A DNA stretch of 64,000 nucleotides from an uncultured Flavobacteriales bacterium (GCA_964419045.1 CAYQNO010000002.1:6-64005); one strand, 5' to 3'; positions 43,924 through 54,036 are shown, numbered from the stretch's first letter. Notes: generated by a model from the sequence alone, not told the origin. Program-made: numbers and translations.

Positions 43924-46002
43924 ATGGCGCGGGAAGAAGAGGGACGTCGGTCTCGGATCGGGATCGATGTCGGAGGCACTTTCACGGACTTTGTGCTTGC
44001 CAATATGGTGACTGGTACACTGACCCGTTTCAAAGAACCCAGCGTTCCGGCTGACCCGTCGAAGTCGGTGGAGCTTGGCCTGCCACGCTTGATAGAACGG
44101 GCGGGCATAGCGCCCGAGGACGTGGAGCTCATCGTGCACGGAACCACTCTTCCGGTTAACGCGATTATCCAGCGGCGAGGCGCCAAGGTGGGTCTGGTGG
44201 TGTGCAAAGGTCATCGGGGGATTCTGGAGATCGGCCGAGCACATTTGGCAAACTCGTATGACTTCCGAGTGCAGAAGGAAGATCCACTGGTGAAGCGGAA
44301 TCTGATATTCGAGACGAACGCTCGCACCATGGCTGATGGGGCGATAGTTGGCCGACCGGATGAAGGCGAGCTCGAAGCGATAGCAGCGGGTCTGATGGCG
44401 AAAGACATCGAAGCGGTTACGGTTTTGCTTCTACACTCCTACATCTATCCCGATATGGAGCAGGAAGTGGCGACCGGACTGCGGGCACGCCTCGATGGGG
44501 TGCCGGTGACGGAATCTGCCAATATCTGGCCGGAACGACGGGAGTTTGAGCGCTGCCTAGTCGCGATCATGAACGCGTATGTTCAGCCGCTGATGAACGA
44601 TTATTTGCGTCTGCTCACTGAGCGGATTAATGGCCTAGGTGTGAACGCGCCGATCTACATCACGACTTCCAATGGCGGCACGCTAAGCATTGAGACTGCT
44701 GGACACCGTCCGGTAGACACGATCCTTTCAGGACCAGCCTCAGGCGTCGTAGCCGCATCAAGGGTGGCGGCAATGACGGGGGAACGGCGACTGATCACGG
44801 TGGACATGGGGGGGACAAGCTGCGACATGGCCGTGACTCAAAGCGGCGAACCAGAGTACACGACCTTGACGAATGTTGGTGATTTTCCACTTATCTTGCC
44901 GGTTGTGAACGTCTCGGCAATTGGTGCTGGGGGTGGCTCGATTGTTTGGGTTGATCCGCAAGGTGTTCTGAAGGTCGGGCCACAAAGCGCCGGCGCCGAC
45001 CCTGGACCGGTCTGTTATGGCATGGGCGGATCCGAGCCGACGGTTACTGACTGCTACCTTCTCGCCGGATACATTCATCCAGACCATTTCCTAGGTGGGC
45101 GCATGAAGCTCGACAGGCAGGCGGCGGAGGCGGTCCTTCGTAGAATCGCCGACAAGATCGGTATCAAAGGAGAAGACCGCGCCATCAAGGCGACAGAAGC
45201 AGCGTTGCAGGTGACAACAGCGATGATGTCGACCGAACTTTATAAGGGCTTGGCGCAGCGGGGTGAGGACCCGAGGGACTTTACGCTGATGGCTTACGGG
45301 GGTGCGGGGCCGACCCATGCTAACCTGCTGGCTCAGGAGGCGCGTCTCAACTCCATCATAGTGCCCCCAGCTCCTAGCACCTTTTGCGCCATGGGCGCGA
45401 TCCTTGCCGATGTGAAACGCGACTATGTTCGCTCGCGGCACTTGAGGTTCGACAAAAGTGAAAAGGCAACGGACTACTTGGCTGCCACGTTCCGGGAGTT
45501 GGAAAGGGAAGCTGAGACATGGGTCAGAACAGAAGGTAACCTTCTCGGCCAACCCGAATTTACAGCGACTTGCGATATGCGTTACGCTGATCAAGCCTTC
45601 GACCTTCAGGTAGTGATATCGGATAAGCTCCGCCTTAACCCCGATGTCGAGGGCATCTCGGAGCTGTTCCACTTGGAGCATGAGAAAGTTTACGGGTTTC
45701 GAGACTTAGAGAGTGGGGTCGAGATTACGACCGAACGCATCCGGGTCACCGGTAAGATTGTGCCGATTGAACTCCCCGACGTCGCCCGGGCGACCGTCAT
45801 CAAGCCGACGGAAGACCGGAAAGTTTACTACAAGGGCTCGTTTGTCGACTCGCCAGTATATCTCCGCGGCAACCTCGGCGCTGGCGCTTTCTTCACCGGT
45901 CCTGCCATCATCGAACAGGAAGACAGCACAATCTGGATCATTCCTGGCTGGACCGCGAGGGTTGATAAAATAGGCAATATCCACCTGTCGGTTGACAAAT
46001 AG
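43924..46002 (+). CDS. Hydantoinase A / 5-oxoprolinase ATP-dependent subunit
   Basis: DVGGTFTD, HGTT, SGPASG, DMGGTS and SAGADPGPVCY motifs. Confidence 0.95.
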   Translation: MAREEEGRRSRIGIDVGGTFTDFVLANMVTGTLTRFKEPSVPADPSKSVELGLPRLIERAGIAPEDVELIVHGTTLPVNAIIQRRGAKVGLVVCKGHRGILEIGRAHLANSYDFRVQKEDPLVKRNLIFETNARTMADGAIVGRPDEGELEAIAAGLMAKDIEAVTVLLLHSYIYPDMEQEVATGLRARLDGVPVTESANIWPERREFERCLVAIMNAYVQPLMNDYLRLLTERINGLGVNAPIYITTSNGGTLSIETAGHRPVDTILSGPASGVVAASRVAAMTGERRLITVDMGGTSCDMAVTQSGEPEYTTLTNVGDFPLILPVVNVSAIGAGGGSIVWVDPQGVLKVGPQSAGADPGPVCYGMGGSEPTVTDCYLLAGYIHPDHFLGGRMKLDRQAAEAVLRRIADKIGIKGEDRAIKATEAALQVTTAMMSTELYKGLAQRGEDPRDFTLMAYGGAGPTHANLLAQEARLNSIIVPPAPSTFCAMGAILADVKRDYVRSRHLRFDKSEKATDYLAATFRELEREAETWVRTEGNLLGQPEFTATCDMRYADQAFDLQVVISDKLRLNPDVEGISELFHLEHEKVYGFRDLESGVEITTERIRVTGKIVPIELPDVARATVIKPTEDRKVYYKGSFVDSPVYLRGNLGAGAFFTGPAIIEQEDSTIWIIPGWTARVDKIGNIHLSVDK

Positions 46003-46175
46003 GCCGCTTGCCAAGAGGCAGTCCGTCGGCGATGCTGTCCGCATGAAAACAAGTCCAACTCGCGATCGAGTTGGTCGTGGTACGCCGCCGCCCGCAGGGC
46101 TTGAGACCAATCCTTGTTAGGCGGCCGATACAGTAGTAAGTAGTCTACATTCGCTGAGCTAATAGAGCTATTCAT

Positions 46176-48209
46176 ATGCTTCTCGACCCCATTCTATTAG
46201 AAATTCTGCATAACAAGGTCCAGGCGGTTGCCGAGGAGATGGGCACCACGCTGCAGCGTACGGCGCGCACTATATTTGTTAAAGAGGCAGCCGATTTCGC
46301 GACCGCGCTCGTTGGACTCGACGGTAAACTGTTCGCCCATCCACGCACGAACGGTGTTTCGCTCTTCGTCGACTGCGACTGCTCTTTCACGATTGGGGCC
46401 GTGCCCGACCTGGAGTCAGGTGACATAATCATCACAAATGACGCTTTCACGTCCGGGGGGCTTGCTACTCACCTACCTGACCTCCATCTCATCGAACCTT
46501 ATTTTCACGATGGGCAGATTGTCGCTTACGGATGGGCCTTCATCCACTCGACGGACGTGGGTGGCACTGTCGCCGGTAGCATCCTGCCGTCCAACCACGA
46601 GTATTTTCAGGAAGGCCTGATCATCCCGCCTATGAAGCTTATGCGCTGTGGTACGATCAACGAGGATTTTTTTACCATCCTCAGGGCCAACTGTCGCATC
46701 CCCGACGAGAATATGGGGGATATACGTGCCATGCTGGCGGCTCTGCGAATAGGGAAACAACGATGCATGGAAATCATCGAGCGTCACGGCCTTGAGGCGT
46801 TTCTTGCTTGCCACGAAGCGCTTCAGGCATATGCCGCTACCAAGGCGCGGGAGGTGCTGCGCCAGATCCCCGATGGCAGCTATGAATTTTGGGATTACAT
46901 GGACGACGATCTGGTTACACCGCTGCCAATCAAAGTCCGTGTCAGGATGACGGTGGAAGATGGCAAAGTGCATCTCGACCTTACCGGCACGGACCTCCAA
47001 GTCAACGCTTCTTACAACACGGCCTCGATGAACCGCATGCATGAGTGGCTGACCATGCGGTTCACCTCCTACCTTATGACTCACGACCAATCCCTGCCAC
47101 TAAACGCGGGGATATACCGCCATCTCAGCATGACGAACCCGCCAGGCACTGTGCTCAATGCGGAATACCCCGCCGCCATCGGCCTACGGGCCTCTCCGGC
47201 CCGGCGGCTAAACGATGCCATGACCGGGGCCCTCTTCAAGGCGGCGCCTGATATGACCCCGGCGCCAAGCTCCGGAGCTGGCGTCATCTTTGTGCTACAC
47301 GAGTACGACGAAAGCGGTGTGAATCGTCATGTCACGGTGATCGAACCCATGCGCGGTGGCATGGGTGCCTGGGAGGGTCACGACGGCGTCGACACGCGCG
47401 ATTCCAGCCTATCCAATTTACGCAACCATCCCATCGAGAATATTGAGGCGCAGTGCGGGATTTTGGTCCGCGAATACGATGTCCGCCCAGACTCCGGTGG
47501 GCCTGGCCGTTGGCGGGGTGGCGTCGGGCAAATTCTCACCGTGGAATTCCTGCGCGACGGTGGGCGCATTTACGCCCGCGGAATGGAGCGCTTCCGCTTC
47601 CCTGCCTGGGGGGTAGCCGGCGGCAAGCCCGCGACTCCCTTCCGCACTGTTTTCAATCTGGGCCGGGAAGGCCAGCGGGACCTCGGCAAGATCAATGAGG
47701 TCCCGGTCAATAAAGGCGATACTGTAACGATAATGACGCCTGGTGCCGGCGGCTATGGTGATCCCTTTGACCGCGATCCCCAAGCTGTGCTCGACGATGT
47801 GACGTGGGGCTTCGTGAGCACGGAGGGCGCTTGTCGCGATTACGGTGTGACCGTGGTCCGGAATGGTGCCGAATGGGCGATCGACAAAGCGGCGACTGCG
47901 CGGCTCAGGGAGAATCAGGTCAAGGACAATGTCCGCGCCCAGTTCGACTTCGGCGCTGAACGTGAGGCATGGGAGTCCGTTTTCGACGACGCCACCGTTT
48001 GCGAAATTAATCGCCGGCTGTCTGCGTTGCCAAAATCTATTCGCCAGGAAAAGCGCCGCTGGATCTATACGCAGGCCGTGCCAAGCCTGGAGTCGGCGGG
48101 AGGGAAGACGGTCGCCGAGGCCATAGCGGACCCGGACGCCGCACGTGCCCGTCTTCGCGCAGCTATGGCGGCGGCATTCGACGGGGCCTTGGATCATACG
48201 GTAGAGTAG
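46176..48209 (+). CDS. Hydantoinase B / 5-oxoprolinase subunit
   Basis: KEAADF, THLPD, H.TDVGG, DSGGPGRWRGG and TPGAGGYGDP motifs. Confidence 0.95.
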   Translation: MLLDPILLEILHNKVQAVAEEMGTTLQRTARTIFVKEAADFATALVGLDGKLFAHPRTNGVSLFVDCDCSFTIGAVPDLESGDIIITNDAFTSGGLATHLPDLHLIEPYFHDGQIVAYGWAFIHSTDVGGTVAGSILPSNHEYFQEGLIIPPMKLMRCGTINEDFFTILRANCRIPDENMGDIRAMLAALRIGKQRCMEIIERHGLEAFLACHEALQAYAATKAREVLRQIPDGSYEFWDYMDDDLVTPLPIKVRVRMTVEDGKVHLDLTGTDLQVNASYNTASMNRMHEWLTMRFTSYLMTHDQSLPLNAGIYRHLSMTNPPGTVLNAEYPAAIGLRASPARRLNDAMTGALFKAAPDMTPAPSSGAGVIFVLHEYDESGVNRHVTVIEPMRGGMGAWEGHDGVDTRDSSLSNLRNHPIENIEAQCGILVREYDVRPDSGGPGRWRGGVGQILTVEFLRDGGRIYARGMERFRFPAWGVAGGKPATPFRTVFNLGREGQRDLGKINEVPVNKGDTVTIMTPGAGGYGDPFDRDPQAVLDDVTWGFVSTEGACRDYGVTVVRNGAEWAIDKAATARLRENQVKDNVRAQFDFGAEREAWESVFDDATVCEINRRLSALPKSIRQEKRRWIYTQAVPSLESAGGKTVAEAIADPDAARARLRAAMAAAFDGALDHTVE

Positions 48210-48364
48210 TGCAGGGCTTCGGTGTGCGGCAACTTGAACTTAACTTGAGCATGCCACGAGGTGCCCAGACGAGATCGCAATGATCGTGTCATGTCCGATT
48301 GAGAACGCGCAGACGAGAACTTCCCTCTCACTTTAGAGCGCGGACACCCTCAAGAATGCTGCCA

Positions 48365-48390
48365 CCCACTGGGGGTTAGTCTCCAGTGGG
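48365..48390. terminator. Hairpin between convergent genes, possible terminator
   Basis: CCCACTGGGG / CTCCAGTGGG stem; no clear U-tract. Confidence 0.4.
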
Positions 48391-48409
48391 CGACAGTCGA
48401 GTTGTGTTA

Positions 48410-49279
48410 CTATTTTTTTGCGAACGGATTATTTTTGGGATCCATCTGTTCGAACCATTCGGTGGTCCCAAACCAATAATTACGTCGCTTGGGGAGCCAG
48501 CCGTCGAGCGTGCGAACCCGTATCCAATTGTCCAGATAGTTCAGAAAGTCATGGTCGCCCTTGCGGACTGCGAAAGCAGAGGGTTTCGGGATGAATTTCG
48601 TATCGCCAAACGGCTTGAACAAAACATCATTGTACGAGGCGGACCACAATGAGGGCTTCGGCTCGGCACTGACGACCGCATGGGCGTTGCCGTTCATGAC
48701 CTCCTGGAATGCCTGGGCGTCGTCGTCGAAGTACCGCTGCGTTGCTTTGGGGAACGTCTCGCGCATCCACGGTATGTTCGAGCTACCGCGACGCACGACG
48801 AGCGTGACGTCCTTCTTATTGAAGTCCTCTAACGTCGACTTTCCACTAGCGAGCTTTTTACTGGCCGCGATGCCAATGGCCGCGTGTGCATAGGGGATGG
48901 AGAAGTTTACCGTCTGGTTTCGCGATTGCATGACGGACATTCCGCCAATGATCAAGTCGAACTTTCCGGCGAGCAGAGCAGGGATGATGCCATCCCACTG
49001 CGTCTTTACCTGATCTATCTTCCACTTGCTGTCCGCAGCGAACTTTTTCGCGACCTCGACCTCGAAGCCGATCAAGTCACCCTTTGAGTTGACCATGGCC
49101 CACGGCACGAAGGACGCGAAACCGACTTTGAGCACTCCTCGCTTCTTTATTTCCTCAAGTGTGCTGGCCGCAGCAATTTCTTTCAGAATATTACTGGCTA
49201 ACACATGGCCGGGAACAGTACACACTGCAAAAGCTAACAGCGCGACAGTCGCCACCCAAATTTTCTTCAATTCTCCCAT
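48410..49279 (-). CDS. Polar amino-acid ABC transporter substrate-binding protein (family 3)
   Basis: Signal peptide, GDLIGFEVEVA and WDGIIPALLAGKFDLIIGGMS. Start MGELKK after GGAGG. Confidence 0.92.
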   Translation of the reverse strand: MGELKKIWVATVALLAFAVCTVPGHVLASNILKEIAAASTLEEIKKRGVLKVGFASFVPWAMVNSKGDLIGFEVEVAKKFAADSKWKIDQVKTQWDGIIPALLAGKFDLIIGGMSVMQSRNQTVNFSIPYAHAAIGIAASKKLASGKSTLEDFNKKDVTLVVRRGSSNIPWMRETFPKATQRYFDDDAQAFQEVMNGNAHAVVSAEPKPSLWSASYNDVLFKPFGDTKFIPKPSAFAVRKGDHDFLNYLDNWIRVRTLDGWLPKRRNYWFGTTEWFEQMDPKNNPFAKK

Positions 49280-49675
49280 TTTTTGGTTACCTCCGATATG
49301 TGAACTTTTTAGTTTTATGGTTAAGTTTGGGCACACCACATCTAGTGCCTTGACTGATAAGGTGAGATCCAAAGTTAAGTTGCCACGCGCATAGTGTGCT
49401 TCAAGTTAACTTCTGATTCAAGGGTGTAGATCGCTAAATAAAGGTATTCTGATATCAGTACGAGCTGAAAGCCCACCTGAGACTTGGTTGTGACAAGATT
49501 CTTTTGGCCTTTGCTTATAGCGGCAATTCGCTCGCATTAAAGCAGATTTCGGGAACGCGAGGTGCGGGCGTCCTCGTCGAAGGAGAAGGAAATTCCCATG
49601 AGGCGTGGGAGCCATTGGCTTATTTCCCCCTCCAATAGACTCCCCATTATCCAAAATTCGTGGCAGACTTAAACT

Positions 49676-51910
49676 ATGAGGAACCAAATCCAAGTTCTGA
49701 TAGCTTTTGCGCTCTTGTTAATTTTTTCGCCCTATTCGTTATCGGTGCACGCCGCTCCTGCGCGTATAGCGCTGGTAATTGGTAATGGCAGTTACGAACA
49801 TGTACCACTAAAAAACCCGGTGAATGATGCAGTGCTTATGGCGGAGACGCTAAAAGATGTCGGTTTTGAGGTAATGGATTATGCAAACCTTGACCGGCGT
49901 GAATTGAATCGTGCTTTTTTGAGGTTTGGAAGGCGTATTAAAGAAGCGGGCAGTGAAACCGTGAGTCTCGTCTATTATGCTGGTCACGGTGCGCAATTAA
50001 ACGGTGAGAATTATCTTATACCGGTTAAATCCAAAATTGAGGATGAATATGATGTGGATATTGAGGGTGTTCGCGCGTCAAGCCTTTTAAGAACCCTTGG
50101 GGAAGCGAACGCTGCTCTCACGATTATAATTTTGGATGCTTGTCGGAATAATCCTTTTAAAACTGGTTCCAGGTCGGCCAATCGTGGTCTTGCCAAGATG
50201 GATGCGCCAACAGGGACGTTACTCGCTTACTCCACAGCACCAGGTCAGGTAGCAGAGGATGGCGTAGGTAAGAACAGTGCCTATACGAAAGCACTTTCAT
50301 TAGCAATGCTCAAGCCTGGAGCTACTGTTGAGCAGGTATTTAAGCGTGTACGTATCGAGGTGATGTCTCGAACGCTGGATGAACAGGTACCTTGGGAGTC
50401 ATCTTCGCTGACCGGTGATTTTTATTTTGTAGAAGTGCCGCAGCCGGAAGAAAAAATAGCGTCTAAACCGGTCCATGATCCAACCGTCGAGATCGAATAT
50501 TGGAAATCGATCGCAAACAGTAACGATCCGTCCATGTATAAGGCCTATTTGGATCAGTATCCTGAAGGCTTGTTTAAGGGTATCGCGGTACTGCGCGTAG
50601 CATCACTGACAGCACCAAAGGGCGAAGACCCGAACGAAGAGCTAGTTTATTTTCAATCTATTCAAACTAGTGATTCCATCGCCGACTTCAAAACTTATTT
50701 GGAACGTTATCCTAAAGCCAAATTTGCTGCTATCGCAAACAGTCGAATCAAATATCTGAGAGACCGTGATCGGGCTCGCTTGCTCGCAGAGCAGAGAGAA
50801 GTAGAAAAAGCTGCTTGGGATTCGATTTCAAATACGAACGACCCTGCCTTAGTTCGACGGTTCTTGGCAAGTTATCCTGGTAGTTTGTATACCGAAGCTG
50901 CCAGCATCAAGCTTGTAGCCCTTGAGACATTAGCCAATACGCCCAAGCCGGTTAAGGCGGATAAGGAAACTATTGAAGCTAAGGTCGCATCTCTTCATCC
51001 GCCCCAAAAGGTCGTTGCAGGATTTGATGGTAAGTGGGTCGGTAAGGCAACGAGTACTGACACGGTTACCCTTGATTTTCGTAGGGCGGCTGGCCCGTGT
51101 AGAAGTCCTTCCCTCGGACTTTCATTTGTAATCGTTGGCAAGAAAGTTTCTGGAAGTGCAGTTGATTCTTTTGGAAATTGGCCTATCCACGGCTCAATTG
51201 ATGGTACAGGAATATTTAAAGCGAAAGTTATGTATCAAAGGACATTTATTTTTTCGGGAACCGCAGAGGAATCGGTGATTAGTGGAAAATGGTACGGGCC
51301 AGGCACAGGGTGTGGCGGCACATTTTCTGCAAATTTAGCGACAAACGCTAGTAGCACGTCCGAGGAAACAGCCAATATCAAACTCGATGTACTTGAGACG
51401 ACGACCAAGGTGAAAAAGACGACCAATACGAACAAGCCGGCTAAGGTCGACAAAAAAATTGAAGATCTAATTCAAGAAGTGGCCTACTGGAAGTCAATAA
51501 TATTGAGCACAGAACCGGCCGACTATGAGGCCTATCTGGCCAAATACCCAACTGGTAAATTTGTAACCGCGGCGAAAACTCGTTTGGAGGAAACAAAAAA
51601 GACCGCTACCGGTTTTGACGGTAACTGGCTAGGTACGGCAACCGATAATGAAGGGTGTGATGTCACCTCTCTTGGACTTTCATTTGTAATTGCGGGCAAG
51701 AAAGTTTACGGAAAAGTAGATGTAGCTGAATTTGGAAAATGGAGTCTCAGTGGATCCATTGATGCCACGGGAAAATTCAAAGCAAAATCTGTGGGCATGG
51801 CTACGATTCTATTTACCGGTAACATGGAGGAATCAGCAATTAAGGGAAAATGGTACGCACCAGGGGAATTATGTGGCGGTACATTCGTCGCAAAGTTACT
51901 CGAACGCTGA
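49676..51910 (+). CDS. Exported caspase-family (peptidase C14) protein with C-terminal repeats
   Basis: Signal peptide, RIALVIGN, L.NP.NDA, YYAGHG and ILDACRNNP dyad motifs, Q.PW. Confidence 0.92.
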   Translation: MRNQIQVLIAFALLLIFSPYSLSVHAAPARIALVIGNGSYEHVPLKNPVNDAVLMAETLKDVGFEVMDYANLDRRELNRAFLRFGRRIKEAGSETVSLVYYAGHGAQLNGENYLIPVKSKIEDEYDVDIEGVRASSLLRTLGEANAALTIIILDACRNNPFKTGSRSANRGLAKMDAPTGTLLAYSTAPGQVAEDGVGKNSAYTKALSLAMLKPGATVEQVFKRVRIEVMSRTLDEQVPWESSSLTGDFYFVEVPQPEEKIASKPVHDPTVEIEYWKSIANSNDPSMYKAYLDQYPEGLFKGIAVLRVASLTAPKGEDPNEELVYFQSIQTSDSIADFKTYLERYPKAKFAAIANSRIKYLRDRDRARLLAEQREVEKAAWDSISNTNDPALVRRFLASYPGSLYTEAASIKLVALETLANTPKPVKADKETIEAKVASLHPPQKVVAGFDGKWVGKATSTDTVTLDFRRAAGPCRSPSLGLSFVIVGKKVSGSAVDSFGNWPIHGSIDGTGIFKAKVMYQRTFIFSGTAEESVISGKWYGPGTGCGGTFSANLATNASSTSEETANIKLDVLETTTKVKKTTNTNKPAKVDKKIEDLIQEVAYWKSIILSTEPADYEAYLAKYPTGKFVTAAKTRLEETKKTATGFDGNWLGTATDNEGCDVTSLGLSFVIAGKKVYGKVDVAEFGKWSLSGSIDATGKFKAKSVGMATILFTGNMEESAIKGKWYAPGELCGGTFVAKLLER

Positions 51911-52069
51911 CGGGTCATTAATGTTTTTAATATTCGGTCGCAGACAAATATTTTGAATGTAATATGCCATGAGCACCGAGTGAAAAAACTATTATCGGGC
52001 CAAGACCCGATTGACCTTATTAATTAACCAAACATCAATATAGTTAATCATATATTTACTTCACCATAA

Positions 52070-54019
52070 ATGAATATTTGCCTACAAAAAAAGAGATCAA
52101 AAGAAGGAATTGTATCCTTTTTTAATACAGCTGTTCCAAGTTGGAAAAATAAATATGATATAGCGTCAATACAAAGAGCAATAATTGAAGTTTGGTTGAT
52201 AAAAAATAAATTAAAAAAATCGAAAATTAATAAACGGTTGGCGACATATCAATTATTGGACTCTGGTAATTCAAAATTTACAATGAAAATTTATGATGAA
52301 TTAATTAAGTCTGAAATTAATATAACATTATATGACATAGAGGCTATTTTCGAAGATGTAATTGATAACGAAAGAAAAGAAAAATATGGAATAGTTTATA
52401 CTCCATTATATATAAGAGATTATCTATTATCGCATTGTTTAAAAAAAAATTACGTAAAATATAAAGATAATTACAAATTTTGTGATCCTGCCTGTGGAAG
52501 CGGCGGATTTTTATTACAAATGGCAGAAAAAATTAAAAAAATATCCAGTCTGTCTTATGAACAAATATTTACAAAAAATATTTACGGTATTGATAAAGAT
52601 TTAGAATCAATAAGGTATGCTAAAATTCTTTGTGAATTATTTCTTCTTTCAAAAGATACAGACCCTTCTAATATCGAATTTAATTTGCTTAACGATGATA
52701 CATTGCTTTCTAAGCCAAAAGAAATTTTTAAGCAAGTTAATGGGATAGACGGATTTAGTTCTATAGCAACTAATCCACCTTATGTGAGGATACAAAACCT
52801 AGATAATAATTACCGTGCCAGGCTTAAAAAGGAATATTCCATTTTTTCACAAGGTAATTATGGCTTGTCATTGTTATTTTTTCACGCCGTATATCGACTT
52901 TTGGGTACCAATGGCTGCGCCGGAATAATTACACAGAATAATTTATTTACCTCGGCCTCTGGTGCAGAAACGAGGAAGTGGGCTCAAGAGAATAAGATAA
53001 TTGATCGAATTATAGATTTCGGCCCTCATTATGCATTTCCTAATGTTAGTGCATATACGTGCCTGTTAATGTTTAGTAGGACTTCGAAGAAAACATTTGA
53101 GTTCTCCCGTCTGAATAAAGATGTCACAGAGTATAATGTTAATAACTTGGCAATTAGTACGCTAAGATTTGATGACTTAAAATGGAAAAAGTGGCAACTA
53201 GTTGAAGAACCACACTTTACTAATTTACAAAAGATGGAAAAATTAGGAACCCCGTTGGGTTCATTAGTTCGTATTCGAGTTGGCTTGGCGACGCTTCTGG
53301 ATAATGCATTTATTATTAAAGGTAACAATACGAAGAATGGCATTCAATATAACGTAGGAAACCAATGTGATATTGAAATAGGAAGTACTAAACCAGTTAT
53401 TAAGGTATCGGATATAACCGATAATATAAAAACGCCAACAACTAGAATTATATTTCCTTATATTAAGGATAATGGGAGATTTGTAATTATTCGCGAAAAA
53501 GAGTTTATCAAGAAATTCCCAAACGCATATAACCATCTTTTATTTTATAAGAATTTATTACTAACGAGAGATAAGGGTAGGGGAGATGACAGGGTTTGGT
53601 ATCGTTGGGGTAGGCGCCAGGGTATGGAGGCGCCCGGACCAAAATTATTAACTAAAACATTTAGTAAAAAGCCGAACTTTATTTTTTGTTCGGATGATAA
53701 ACTTTTCTGTAATGGATACGCGTTGTTTAAGAATGAAGTAGAACACAAAGCCAAGTTTTGCCCCTCATTAGAGTTCATAGGCAGAGTATTAAATTCGGAT
53801 TTATTTTATTATTATATGAAACTCACCAGCTTTCAAATTAGTGGCGGTTATCAATGTTACCAAAAAAAGTTTATAGAAGATTTCAACATACCTAATTTAA
53901 AAAAAGAAGAAATTAGTGAATTGATGAATTTAGAGGATTTTAGATTTCTTGATGAGTTGTGTGAAATCTATCGGATAAAATCTGAAGATATATATAGTGG
54001 CATTTTCGCTGGAAACTGA
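52070..54019 (+). CDS. N6-adenine DNA methyltransferase (gamma order, TaqI/Eco57I-like)
   Basis: GIVYTP, DPACGSGGFL and NPPY motifs with a long C-terminal TRD; very AT-rich. Confidence 0.92.
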   Translation: MNICLQKKRSKEGIVSFFNTAVPSWKNKYDIASIQRAIIEVWLIKNKLKKSKINKRLATYQLLDSGNSKFTMKIYDELIKSEINITLYDIEAIFEDVIDNERKEKYGIVYTPLYIRDYLLSHCLKKNYVKYKDNYKFCDPACGSGGFLLQMAEKIKKISSLSYEQIFTKNIYGIDKDLESIRYAKILCELFLLSKDTDPSNIEFNLLNDDTLLSKPKEIFKQVNGIDGFSSIATNPPYVRIQNLDNNYRARLKKEYSIFSQGNYGLSLLFFHAVYRLLGTNGCAGIITQNNLFTSASGAETRKWAQENKIIDRIIDFGPHYAFPNVSAYTCLLMFSRTSKKTFEFSRLNKDVTEYNVNNLAISTLRFDDLKWKKWQLVEEPHFTNLQKMEKLGTPLGSLVRIRVGLATLLDNAFIIKGNNTKNGIQYNVGNQCDIEIGSTKPVIKVSDITDNIKTPTTRIIFPYIKDNGRFVIIREKEFIKKFPNAYNHLLFYKNLLLTRDKGRGDDRVWYRWGRRQGMEAPGPKLLTKTFSKKPNFIFCSDDKLFCNGYALFKNEVEHKAKFCPSLEFIGRVLNSDLFYYYMKLTSFQISGGYQCYQKKFIEDFNIPNLKKEEISELMNLEDFRFLDELCEIYRIKSEDIYSGIFAGN

Positions 54020-54036
54020 TTTTGAATAATATTTAG

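Noticed and set aside
47418-48197. 259 aa ORF and other antisense ORFs within the hydantoinase genes
   Set aside because: Expected shadow ORFs in GC-rich coding DNA.
49418-49693. 91 aa minus-strand ORF between the binding protein and caspase genes
   Set aside because: No motifs or RBS; it occupies a divergent promoter region.
49676-54019. Caspase plus methyltransferase as an anti-phage defence pair
   Set aside because: The caspase has a signal peptide, there is no gasdermin, NLR or CARF partner, and the two genes differ sharply in composition.
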